Part shown: positions 10,050 to 19,415 of the stretch, one piece after another | Position numbering within the stretch: the first letter of the stretch is position 1 | Layout of the letters: every line of letters begins with the position of its first letter | Assembly: GCA_029559475.1 (NCBI GenBank) | Contig: JAKQBN010000061.1 | Coordinates: 3,488-67,487 of the forward strand | Reading direction: 5' to 3' | DNA from: a bacterium | Lineage (GTDB): Bacteria > UBA4055 | Length of the DNA stretch: 64,000 nt | The notes under the pieces: model-generated | Seen by the model: only the letters and a program-made list of their open reading frames with translations | Databases searched by the model: none | What the model was told of the DNA's origin: nothing | Made by a program: the position numbers and the translations under genes

Positions 10050-10394
10050 TTATCTAACGCTGTCAACGAGCTTTTTGAATCCGGCCGGATCCTCGACTGC
10101 CATTCCGGCGAGCACTTTACGGTCCAGCTCAATATTCTTAACTGAAAGCTTGTGCATGAATTCAGAATACGACATGCCGTTCTCCCTTGCGGCGGCATTG
10201 ATCCTGATTATCCACAGCTCTCTGAATTTTCTTTTCTTTACTTTTCTGTCTCTGTAGGCGTACTGACCCGCCCTCTTCGACGCGTCGTATGCTGCTTCCA
10301 GCAGTTTACCGCGTCTTCCCCAATAACCTTTAACGGCCTTTAAGACCTTTTTTCTGCGGTTACGGGAGGCTACTCTTGTGTTAGCTCTTGGCAT
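10050..10394 (-). CDS. rplT: 50S ribosomal protein L20
   Basis: [28 protein letters not shown]... is a canonical L20 N-terminus. Confidence 0.95.
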   Translation of the reverse strand: MPRANTRVASRNRRKKVLKAVKGYWGRRGKLLEAAYDASKRAGQYAYRDRKVKKRKFRELWIIRINAAARENGMSYSEFMHKLSVKNIELDRKVLAGMAVEDPAGFKKLVDSVR

Positions 10395-10423
10395 TTTTTC
10401 TCCTTTTTTTTACGATTTCTGTC

Positions 10424-10621
10424 TTACACTCCTGTTAAAAGTGTCCTTACTCTTACGGAATCAACTTCAGACAGAATGTCGCCTCTTCTTGATTTTCTTT
10501 TTCTTTTCTGGGACCTGTTCGAAAGCAGATGGCTTGTGAATGCGGAACCTATCTTTACTTTTCCGCTCGCTGTAAGCCTCATTCTCTTTCTGGCTGCCCT
10601 GTGCGATTTGATCTTTGGCAT
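10424..10621 (-). CDS. rpmI: 50S ribosomal protein L35
   Basis: MPKIKSHRAARKRMRLTASGKV... is a canonical L35. Confidence 0.9.
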   Translation of the reverse strand: MPKIKSHRAARKRMRLTASGKVKIGSAFTSHLLSNRSQKRKRKSRRGDILSEVDSVRVRTLLTGV

Positions 10622-10652
10622 TTCCTGTACTCCTGTACTCGTTTTTTCAGCG

Positions 10653-11195
10653 TTATTTTTTAGTTAATATCATAGATATTCTTCTAATTCCCTCCTGCTC
10701 GATCTCCTTATCCATCTTCGCGATATCCTCAACGAATGAATAAAAAGTCTTTAAGAGTTCCATTCCCATATCTTTGTGAGCTATCTCCCTTCCCCTGTAC
10801 TGAAGAAAAACTTTTACCTTGTTGCCTTCTTCCAGAAACTCCCTTGCCTTTTTGGATTTTATCTCCATGTCGTGATTGTCAATGTTAACCGACATTATCC
10901 TGATTGTCTTCAATGAGACCGTATGCTGTTTTTTCTTTGTTTCCTTTTCTTTCCTTGCCAGTTCATAACGGTATTTTCCGTAATCAACTATCTTGCATAC
11001 GGGAGGATTCGCGTTCGGTGCTATTTCAACCAGATCCAGGCTTTTTGAAGCTGCTATATCATTAGCCTCTTTTGAACTTACTATTCCGAGCTGTTCTCCG
11101 CTCTCGCTGATCAACCTTACTTTTTCGTAAGTGATCATTTCGTTGATCGGGAGTTCGTTCTCGTCTTTTTTCTTGGGAGTGAAGGTTTTTTTAAT
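10653..11195 (-). CDS. infC: Translation initiation factor IF-3, initiating at a non-canonical AUU codon
   Basis: The ORF-track ATG (11138) lacks the conserved N-terminal region. In frame upstream: ATT(11195) AAA AAA ACC ... CCG ATC AAC GAA ATG gives IKKTFTPKKKDENELPINE-MITYEKVRLI. An SD AGGTGA lies 6 nt upstream of ATT and a TGA closes the frame one codon further up. thrS-infC-rpmI-rplT synteny. Confidence 0.8.
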   Translation of the reverse strand: MKKTFTPKKKDENELPINEMITYEKVRLISESGEQLGIVSSKEANDIAASKSLDLVEIAPNANPPVCKIVDYGKYRYELARKEKETKKKQHTVSLKTIRIMSVNIDNHDMEIKSKKAREFLEEGNKVKVFLQYRGREIAHKDMGMELLKTFYSFVEDIAKMDKEIEQEGIRRISMILTKK

Positions 11196-11215
11196 ATCTC
11201 ACCTCGTAATTTATT

Positions 11216-13147
11216 TTACAGTTCCAGCTTATATCCCTCGGGAAGAGCTCTGTTATCTCTCTCGAGTCTGATCTTTTCGATGAATGAATCCAGGGTGAAT
11301 TCGCCGATATTGCCTTTTTTATGCTGTCTTATAGTGAACATTCCCGTATCTCTTTCTTTTTCGCCGATAACGAGCATGTAAGGTATTCTTTTCACGCCTT
11401 CCGCTTCTCTTATTTTATAACCTATCTTCTCGGATCTTTCATCAAAATCCACTCTGAAAGCGGCAGCTGTTAATTTAGAGAGTACTTCTTTTGCGAAATC
11501 ATTGAATTTGTCGCTTACGGGCATAACAGACACCTGTACCGGTGCAAGCCATAACGGGAAGAATCCGCCGAAATGTTCGAGAATTATACCGAGGAACCTT
11601 TCGAGAGAGCCGTAAAGCGCTCTGTGGATCATTATGACCCTTTTCTTATCTGAATTTTCATCTACATAGGTAAGGTCGAAACGCTCAGGAAGATTCATAT
11701 CGAGCTGTACGGTCCCGCACTGCCATGCCTTGCCGAGAGCATTCTTTACATAAATATCTATTTTAGGTCCGTAGAATGCGGCATCGCCTTCGTTGACCAC
11801 ATAATCCTGACCGTATTCGTCAAGAGCGGCCTTAAGCCCGGCGGTCGCGAGTTCCCAGTTCTCAAGCGTGCCAATATATTTCTCGCCCCTTGTTGAAAGA
11901 GCCAGCGAATATTCAAGTCCGAATGTTTTATATATTCTGTCAGTCAGTCTGATCACTCCTAAGATCTCATCCTTGATCTGATCGGGCCGCATATAAATAT
12001 GCGCGTCATCCTGAGTAAAGGCTATCACTCTGAACAATCCTGAGAGAGCCCCGCTGAACTCTTTTCTGTGGACGTGTCCCAGTTCCGAAATTCTCATCGG
12101 AAGTTCGCGGTATGAATGCAGTCCGGCCTTGTACCAGAGCATTCCGCCCGGGCAGTTCATAGGTTTTACAGCATTTTCAACGCCTTCCATTTCTGTCACG
12201 AACATATTGTCTTTATAATTCATCCAGTGACCGGAAGTCTCCCAGAGCGATTTTGTCATAAGCTGCGGGGTCTGGATCTCTTTATAATTGTCTTTATTAT
12301 GTTCGTATCTCCAATAATCTATGAGAAGCTGTTTAACTATTACTCCGTTGTGGTGATAGAAAGGAATGCCCGGAGCTTCCTGATGGAAGCTGAAAAGGTC
12401 TAATTCTCTTCCGAGTTTTCTGTGATCCCTTTTCTCGGCTTCCTCTCTTATCTTTAAGAACATTTCAAGTTCTTCAGATGACGGAAAGCTTATCCCGTAG
12501 ATCCTCTGGAGCATCGCATTCTTTGAATCGCCGCGCCAGTACGCTCCGGAAGTTGCGAGCGTCTTGAATTTTTTAATGGTGCCGGTACTTAATATATGAG
12601 GACCTCTGCACAGGTCGGTAAATTCGCCGTTAGTGTACATTGATATCACAGCATCTTCAGGCAGAGCTTCGATGAGTTCGACCTTGTATATTTCGTTTTT
12701 CGACCTGAAAAATTCAAGAGCTTCTTTTCTAGAAACTTCTTTTCTTTCGAATTTCTGGTTCTCTTTTATGATCTTATTGACTTCAGTTTCGATCTTTAAA
12801 AGGTCTTCATCCGTGAATGGTTCGTGCTCGAAATCATAATAGAATCCCTGCTCGATAGCCGGGCCGATCGCGACTCTTGTTCCCGGGAACAGCCTTATTA
12901 CAGCCTGAGCCATTATATGTGATGTCGAATGCCAGTACAGTTCCTGCCCTTCAGGATCAGAGAACTTGAAGAATTTTATTTTTGCGTCTGCTTCTATCTT
13001 TGCGCTCAGATCGCACATCCTTCCGTCAACGTTCATGCATAGAACTTCTTTTGCAAGGCCGGGACTTATGCTTTTCGCTATCTCGATCCCGGAAATGCTT
13101 TCCGGATATTCTTTTGTTTTCCCGTCGGGAAAAGTGATCTTTACCAT
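11216..13147 (-). CDS. thrS: Threonine--tRNA ligase
   Basis: 643 aa. N-terminal TGS domain (MVKITFPDGKTKEY), class II core HRALYGSLERF, and synteny with infC. Confidence 0.95.
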   Translation of the reverse strand: MVKITFPDGKTKEYPESISGIEIAKSISPGLAKEVLCMNVDGRMCDLSAKIEADAKIKFFKFSDPEGQELYWHSTSHIMAQAVIRLFPGTRVAIGPAIEQGFYYDFEHEPFTDEDLLKIETEVNKIIKENQKFERKEVSRKEALEFFRSKNEIYKVELIEALPEDAVISMYTNGEFTDLCRGPHILSTGTIKKFKTLATSGAYWRGDSKNAMLQRIYGISFPSSEELEMFLKIREEAEKRDHRKLGRELDLFSFHQEAPGIPFYHHNGVIVKQLLIDYWRYEHNKDNYKEIQTPQLMTKSLWETSGHWMNYKDNMFVTEMEGVENAVKPMNCPGGMLWYKAGLHSYRELPMRISELGHVHRKEFSGALSGLFRVIAFTQDDAHIYMRPDQIKDEILGVIRLTDRIYKTFGLEYSLALSTRGEKYIGTLENWELATAGLKAALDEYGQDYVVNEGDAAFYGPKIDIYVKNALGKAWQCGTVQLDMNLPERFDLTYVDENSDKKRVIMIHRALYGSLERFLGIILEHFGGFFPLWLAPVQVSVMPVSDKFNDFAKEVLSKLTAAAFRVDFDERSEKIGYKIREAEGVKRIPYMLVIGEKERDTGMFTIRQHKKGNIGEFTLDSFIEKIRLERDNRALPEGYKLEL

Positions 13148-13235
13148 GATCTTCTTCTTTTTTACATTATCCTACGCTTGCTGCGTAAGCGCGTTAATAT
13201 ATAATAATTTACCTTTCAAGTCAAGTAAAAACAGT

Positions 13236-13757
13236 TCATTCATTTTCTGTTTTTTTCTTATCTAGGAAAAGATATTGTACCGCTAAAAGGATCATCCCGA
13301 CCGTAACGAATGAATCCGCGATATTGAATATCGGCCATCTTTCCATAATTATATCCGGAAAATCGCAGTCTATAAAATCGACGACTTTTCCGTAGAAAGC
13401 CCTGTCTATCATGTTGCCTATCGCTCCGCCCAGGATCATGCCGAAAGCCCACAGCTCGAGTTTTTTACTGATATTCGTTTTCAACATCAGGTAAACGATA
13501 AAAAGCGATGCTATGAACGATACCGATGTCAGAAAATACCTTCCCCCGAGATCAATGCTGAAAGCGATCCCGGTATTGTAAGCCAAAGTGAATCTCGCGA
13601 ATTCCTCTCCGACAGCTTTTACGGAACAGCCGTCAGCGTTCAGAAGAAATTTCTCAAAGAATTTTTTTGACAGCTGATCGCAGATTATGATCAGACCCGA
13701 AAGCAGAAAGAACGGATATTTGTTCTTTAGATCGTCTTTTGTTAGCCGCAGCTGCAA
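13236..13757 (-). CDS. lspA: Lipoprotein signal peptidase (signal peptidase II)
   Basis: Conserved GNMIDR and FNIADSFVTVG motifs, multi-TM, downstream of ileS. Confidence 0.9.
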   Translation of the reverse strand: MQLRLTKDDLKNKYPFFLLSGLIIICDQLSKKFFEKFLLNADGCSVKAVGEEFARFTLAYNTGIAFSIDLGGRYFLTSVSFIASLFIVYLMLKTNISKKLELWAFGMILGGAIGNMIDRAFYGKVVDFIDCDFPDIIMERWPIFNIADSFVTVGMILLAVQYLFLDKKKTENE

Positions 13758-14132
13758 TTAATCCTTTCTCTCTTTATTTGCCTTGCATTCGAAGCAGAGA
13801 GTTGCGTGAGGAACTATCTTCAGCCTTTTCTTGTCAATAAGCGCTCCGCACGTCCTGCAGACACCGTAAGTACCGTTGTCGATCCTTTTCAGTGCTGCAT
13901 CGAGGTTCGCTATGAATTTACCCTCTCTCTGAGCCATATAGAAGTCCATTTCTCTGGCCTGGTGCTCAGTTCCCAGCTCTTCCGTGTGGGTTTCTCCTGT
14001 CTGCTCGACTATTGATTCAGAATTAGTTTCGATGCTGTGGTCGATTATTTCCTTCGTTTCCTCGATCTGTTCAAGTATGATCTTTCTGAAGGCTTCTAGC
14101 TCTGTTTTGCTGTATTTTTTCTTTTCGGCCAT
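13758..14132 (-). CDS. DksA/TraR-family C4-type zinc-finger protein
   Basis: C-terminal CRTCGALIDKKRLKIVPHATLCFECK four-Cys finger, coiled-coil N-terminus. Lies between ileS and lspA as in many FCB-group genomes. Confidence 0.8.
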   Translation of the reverse strand: MAEKKKYSKTELEAFRKIILEQIEETKEIIDHSIETNSESIVEQTGETHTEELGTEHQAREMDFYMAQREGKFIANLDAALKRIDNGTYGVCRTCGALIDKKRLKIVPHATLCFECKANKERKD

Positions 14133-14153
14133 TTGCGCTCCTTTGTTTATGAT

Positions 14154-17100
14154 TTAATTAATTCTTTCGATCTTTAATATGCATTCGTGTCCGTTTATAT
14201 CCAAAACCTCGCCCTGAACTTTATCACCGCATTTTAATATTTCGACTGCCAGGGTTTCGGAGGATATATATTCTTTCTGCTTATCTATCGCTGAAGACAG
14301 TTCGTCATCGGCTGTATATTTTACTTTTATCCTATCTGCAATGTCGAAACCGCTGTCTTTTCTTAAGTTCTGGATACGGTTGATCAGCTCTCTCGCATGG
14401 CATTCGATCAGAAGTTCGGGAGTGACCGTAGTATCTAATGATACCGTTATGTCTTTTTCAGAAACCGAGAATATTCCCGGTTTGGATTCATGCTGAACCG
14501 TCATATCCTCAAGGGTTATCGTTTCGCCTTCGATCGTTATTCCGCTGCCTGTTTCAAGCTGTCTTATTTCCGCAAGGGTCAGCTGAGATATCGCGGCTGA
14601 TATAACTTTCACTTTCTGTCCGTATTTTTTTCCGAGTACCCTAAAATTCGGTTTAGCTGTTATTTTTGCAAGCTCTTCCTCGTTCTCTATTACGATCACG
14701 TCTTTAATGTTCAGCTCTTCTTTTATCAGATCGCTGTATTCCGTTACCGCTTTCTGAGTAACTTCTTTATTGGCAACGACAGTGAAAGATGAAAGCGGCT
14801 GTCTTATCTTTATGTTCTTCTCGTTCCTGAGTATCCTTCCGAGTTTTACGGCAGTCTCTACGAAAGACATCTTTTCTTCGAGCTCGAGATCGATGAATCT
14901 TTCGTCAACTTCAGGATAATCCCTTAAATGGACTGAATCTGCAGACTTCGGAAATACGGACAGCTCAAGATTCTGGTAGAGTTCTTCCGCCACGAACGGC
15001 ATGACCGGAGCGATCAGCTTTGTAAGTATTGAAAGCACTTCGTAAAGCGTTTCGTATGCGTGTTTTTTGTCCTGATCGTTCTCGCTTTTCCAGAATCTTC
15101 TTCTCGACCTTCTTATGTACCAGTTCGTGAGCTTATCTATGAAATCGACCATGGCCGGCAGCACATTATAAAGCTTGTATGCCGACATCTGATCATTAAC
15201 TTCTTTGGTTAAACTCTGAAGGTAAGACATGATCCATCTGTCGAGGTCGTTCGTCAGATCTTCGGGCTTGAAATATTCGGGTTGCGGTTGCCAGTTGTCT
15301 ATTCTGGCGTATGTTACAAGAAAGCTGTAACTGTTCCATAAAGGCAGCATAACTTTTTTTATTACTTCCATTATCCCTGCTTCAGAAAATCTGAGATTTT
15401 CGGCTCTCACTGCGGGAGAATTTATAAGATACATTCTCATCGCGTCAGCACCGTACTTATCGAGAATTTCCGTTACCGGAGGATAATTTCTCTTCGATTT
15501 GCTCATCTTGCTTCCGTCTTCAGCCAGAACCGTGCCGTTTACGATCACGTTCTTGAAAGCGGGTTTGTTGAAAAGTGTCGTTGAAAGAACGTGAAGCTTG
15601 TTGAACCAGCCTCGTGTCTGATCTATTCCTTCCGCTATGAAATCGCACGGAAAATTTTCTTCGAACCTTTCCTTGTTCTCAAAAGGATAGTGATTCTGGG
15701 CATAGGGCATTGAGCCCGACTCGAACCAGCAGTCCAATACTTCGGGAGTGCGTTTCATTTCTCCGCCGCAGGAGCATTTAAAGGTCATTTTATCGACGAA
15801 ATGTTTGTGGATATCGGTTATTTCGGAAAGTCCTGTTCTCTCCTTAAGCTCCTGAACCGATCCCACGCACTCGGTGTTTCCGCATTTTTCGCATACCCAT
15901 ATCGGCAGCGGAGAACCCCAGTATCTGTTTCTTGAAAGATGCCATTCTGGCATTTGTTCCAGAAGATTACCGAACCTTCCGTATTTAATGTTTTCAGGTA
16001 TCCAGTTTATGCTCTCGTTATTCGCTATAAGATCTGACTTTACCGGTTCAATTTCCATCACCCAGCTGTCGGTCGCTTTCTGTATAAGCGGAGTATCGCA
16101 TCTCCAGCAGTGAGGATAACTGTGCTGCACGGTATCGTGCTTTATCAGCTTGCCGGCGGCTTTCAGATCCTTTATTATGTGCTTGTCCGCGGCCTTTATG
16201 TTCTGGCCTTCGTAATCGGGAACTTCAGAATTGAACCTGCCCATATCATCAACAGGATTCAGTACAGGTATATTATATTTCTTCCCGGCCTCAAAGTCCT
16301 CCTGTCCAAAAGCGGGCGCTTGATGAACTATACCCGTTCCGTCCTCTGTTGAAACGTAATCAGCCTCGATCACTGTGTGTATGAACTCATTCATGTCTTT
16401 ATAATAATCGAACAGCGGTACGTATTTTAAGCCTACTAGTTCAGAACCTTTCACGGTCTTTATTATCTCGAATTCGCCTTCTTTGAAGATATGATGTATC
16501 CTGTCAACAGCAAGTATAAGTGTCCTGTTGTTCGCTATGTCTTTTACATAAGCGTACTCTATGCTGTTCTTTACAGCGAGAGCCGCATTCGACGGAAGTG
16601 TCCACGGTGTTGTCGTCCATGCTGTCAGATACAGATTCTCTTCGCCTTTGACCTTGAATATAACAGTAACGGACGGGTCCTGAACATCTTTGTAGCAGTC
16701 GGTTCCGGCCTCATGCTTGGACAGAGGCGTCGAACATCTCGTGCAGAAAGGATTTACCCTGTAGCCTCTTTTTATAAGCCCTTTGTCCCAGATGGATTTG
16801 AAAACCCACCATACGCTTTCCATATAGCCGATGTCCATCGTCTTATAATCATTCTCAAAATCAACCCACCTGCCCGATCGCTCCACGATCTTTTCCCATT
16901 CGTCAACGTATTTCAGAACGATACCCCTGCATGATTCGTTGAATTTATCTATTCCGAAAGCTTCAATGTCTTTTTTAGATTCGAACTTCAGTTCTTTTTC
17001 TACTTCGTATTCAACAGGAAGACCGTGACAGTCCCAGCCGAACCTTCTCGAAACATATTTTCCCTTCATCGTCCAGTATCTCGGGATAACATCCTTTAAA

Positions 17101-17291
17101 GTCCCGCCGACTAAGTGACCGTAATGCGGCAGTCCTGTCGCGAAAGGGGGGCCGTCGTAAAAAACGTATTCCTTTTTACCCTTTCTCTGATCGAGCGATT
17201 TTTTAAACGTATCGTTATCCTTCCAGAACCTTAATACTTTTGCTTCAAGTCCGGGAAAATTCACCTTTGCATCAACTTCTTTAAACATCAT
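14154..17291 (-). CDS. ileS: Isoleucine--tRNA ligase
   Basis: 1045 aa. HIGH motif (PPFATGLPHYGHL), KMSKS motif, C-terminal zinc-binding region. Confidence 0.95.
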   Translation of the reverse strand: MMFKEVDAKVNFPGLEAKVLRFWKDNDTFKKSLDQRKGKKEYVFYDGPPFATGLPHYGHLVGGTLKDVIPRYWTMKGKYVSRRFGWDCHGLPVEYEVEKELKFESKKDIEAFGIDKFNESCRGIVLKYVDEWEKIVERSGRWVDFENDYKTMDIGYMESVWWVFKSIWDKGLIKRGYRVNPFCTRCSTPLSKHEAGTDCYKDVQDPSVTVIFKVKGEENLYLTAWTTTPWTLPSNAALAVKNSIEYAYVKDIANNRTLILAVDRIHHIFKEGEFEIIKTVKGSELVGLKYVPLFDYYKDMNEFIHTVIEADYVSTEDGTGIVHQAPAFGQEDFEAGKKYNIPVLNPVDDMGRFNSEVPDYEGQNIKAADKHIIKDLKAAGKLIKHDTVQHSYPHCWRCDTPLIQKATDSWVMEIEPVKSDLIANNESINWIPENIKYGRFGNLLEQMPEWHLSRNRYWGSPLPIWVCEKCGNTECVGSVQELKERTGLSEITDIHKHFVDKMTFKCSCGGEMKRTPEVLDCWFESGSMPYAQNHYPFENKERFEENFPCDFIAEGIDQTRGWFNKLHVLSTTLFNKPAFKNVIVNGTVLAEDGSKMSKSKRNYPPVTEILDKYGADAMRMYLINSPAVRAENLRFSEAGIMEVIKKVMLPLWNSYSFLVTYARIDNWQPQPEYFKPEDLTNDLDRWIMSYLQSLTKEVNDQMSAYKLYNVLPAMVDFIDKLTNWYIRRSRRRFWKSENDQDKKHAYETLYEVLSILTKLIAPVMPFVAEELYQNLELSVFPKSADSVHLRDYPEVDERFIDLELEEKMSFVETAVKLGRILRNEKNIKIRQPLSSFTVVANKEVTQKAVTEYSDLIKEELNIKDVIVIENEEELAKITAKPNFRVLGKKYGQKVKVISAAISQLTLAEIRQLETGSGITIEGETITLEDMTVQHESKPGIFSVSEKDITVSLDTTVTPELLIECHARELINRIQNLRKDSGFDIADRIKVKYTADDELSSAIDKQKEYISSETLAVEILKCGDKVQGEVLDINGHECILKIERIN

Positions 17292-17297
17292 TTTCCT

Positions 17298-17960
17298 CTA
17301 CTGCTTCATTTCCGTATAGCCTTCCGGCCTCTTAGTGTATTTTTCATCTATTTTATCAATTATCTTCATGGCTGTGATCTCTTTTTCAGATACGACAGTA
17401 CCGCCTATCCTGGCCACTTCTCTGACCACGATGCCGCCCGTAGCCTTGATCTTGTCCATCATGTTCTTAATGTTCTTCGAATCCTTCTGCATCTTTTCCT
17501 GCTGCCTGATCATCAGGTCCGCCGGGAATCCTGTATCTTTCGCGACATACATATCGAGATCCATCGCCATATCCATAACTTTCGCGTTCCCGAGATACTT
17601 TTCCGTATTCCACGGTCCTATCTTCTTTTTTTCGCCTGTCGTTTTCATTTCGAAATCTTTAAGCTGGGAGTCTGTCGAATACATAATATCAGTAAGCTCT
17701 TTGAACGTCTTTTTGTAGAAAGTCTTATTCGTAGTATTGTAGAATTCATAAGCTTTATCGTCGATGTAAGTAATGCTGAATTCATCTGCGATAATTATCA
17801 GATCGTCAGATATAAAAGTCTCCTGCGTCAGCGTATCCATTCTTCCGTCAGCCTGAGCCGAAGCGATAAGGATCTGCTTAACGTAATAGTTTTTTGAAAA
17901 TGCCGGAAACACCGTGATCAAAACGGCTGCGAGTAATAAATATTTTTTCAGGTTTTTCAC
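17298..17960 (-). CDS. Hypothetical secreted protein (signal peptide)
   Basis: MKNLKKYLLLAAVLITVFPAFS signal peptide. No recognisable catalytic motif. Confidence 0.4.
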   Translation of the reverse strand: MKNLKKYLLLAAVLITVFPAFSKNYYVKQILIASAQADGRMDTLTQETFISDDLIIIADEFSITYIDDKAYEFYNTTNKTFYKKTFKELTDIMYSTDSQLKDFEMKTTGEKKKIGPWNTEKYLGNAKVMDMAMDLDMYVAKDTGFPADLMIRQQEKMQKDSKNIKNMMDKIKATGGIVVREVARIGGTVVSEKEITAMKIIDKIDEKYTKRPEGYTEMKQ

Positions 17961-18138
17961 CAGTCCTCCTTTACCTAATTAACAGCTACGCTGTAAAATA
18001 AAGTCAGAGAATATATTAAAATATTATAATAATATCAAGAGAGAAAAAGTAATTTACTTTAAGAGATAACGCATTTTGTAATAAAGACTTTAGTGTTTGT
18101 GACAAACGATGGCGATGGGAGTTTTTTGACGATTTATT

Positions 18139-19362
18139 TTAAATTGATTTCAACGCGCTGTCCAGACTTATACATTTGAGCGGGATTTCCGGATAAGCAT
18201 TTGTAAAAGCTCTGTATTTCGATTCTGAAAAAGCAGACTTATCATATTTTACTTCGTAGGCATATAATTTACCTTTGTCGTTTTGCACTACAAAGTCAAC
18301 TTCATTCTTATCATTTGTGCGCCAGAATTTAGTGTTTTCGGGTCCGTACTTATCTTTCAGCATAAGGTAAACATAATTTTCAAGCAATTCGCCTTTATCC
18401 TGCCTCAATCCTATCGGGCTGTAATTATTGATAAGCGCATTCCTTAATCCGAGATCCGCAAAGTACAGCTTAGGCATTTTTCTTAGTTCGGAAGACATAT
18501 TATTGTAATACGGCCGCATCAGATGAATATGAAATGATTTGCGCATAACCCATATATATTGCGAAACGGTTTTATTATCCATAGCTATATCTGAAGTCAG
18601 ACTGTTAACGTTAAGAAGTTCGCCGATCCTTGAAGCGAATAATTTCATAAGATTAAGATATTTTTCCTGAAAGCCGAGATTGCTTTCCGCCGCATCTTTT
18701 TTTGCGTAAGAATCCGCTATTTCATTAAGTACCGATTTCTTTGCCTTCTCACTACCGCTCAGCACGACTTCCGGATAACCGCCCCATATAAGATAATCAT
18801 ATAAATACTCTTTTATTCTGTCTGAATATAAAAGCGGGATATCAGACGTATTCAGTACTTCTGCAAGCTCATTTTCGCCTTTAAATATAAGTGTTTCTTT
18901 TAGTGACATTGTCGGCAGTTCGTATATTCTTTTTCTTCCCGCCAGCGAATCTTTAAATTTACTGTCGATATAAAAACTTGATGACCCCGTTACGATAAAT
19001 TTTATACCTTCGAGATAAGTGTCGTAATGGTATTTTAAAAAATTGGACGGATCTTTCAGATACTGTATCTCGTCAATTAAAACATATCTTCTTTCCTTAC
19101 CTTCCGGTTTTGCTATAAGCTGCAGAAGATTTTTTGGATTTGCATCGAGGAGATTAAGTATTTCCCTGTCTTCAAGCGTAAAATAAAAAACTGACCGCTT
19201 GTTTTTTTTAAGGAATTCTGATGTTTGTTTTAAAAGAGTTGTTTTTCCTGTTTGCCTTGCACCGATGATCAGAGATATGTGTTTTTCAGGAATGTCTTTT
19301 TTTATGTCGTTTAGTAGCTGTCTTTCCAAAATTATTGCCCTTTTTCTATGTTTGCATTCCAA
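18139..19362 (-). CDS. AAA+ ATPase with DUF4143-type C-terminal domain
   Basis: Walker A IIGARQTGKTTLLKQ, Walker B RYVLIDEIQY, then the conserved C-terminal domain typical of AAA_14/DUF4143 proteins. Confidence 0.7.
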   Translation of the reverse strand: MECKHRKRAIILERQLLNDIKKDIPEKHISLIIGARQTGKTTLLKQTSEFLKKNKRSVFYFTLEDREILNLLDANPKNLLQLIAKPEGKERRYVLIDEIQYLKDPSNFLKYHYDTYLEGIKFIVTGSSSFYIDSKFKDSLAGRKRIYELPTMSLKETLIFKGENELAEVLNTSDIPLLYSDRIKEYLYDYLIWGGYPEVVLSGSEKAKKSVLNEIADSYAKKDAAESNLGFQEKYLNLMKLFASRIGELLNVNSLTSDIAMDNKTVSQYIWVMRKSFHIHLMRPYYNNMSSELRKMPKLYFADLGLRNALINNYSPIGLRQDKGELLENYVYLMLKDKYGPENTKFWRTNDKNEVDFVVQNDKGKLYAYEVKYDKSAFSESKYRAFTNAYPEIPLKCISLDSALKSI

Positions 19363-19415
19363 TATTCTTGGGATAATTTAATACTTTCATTCCAAAAAAA
19401 CAAGAACTAAATGCT

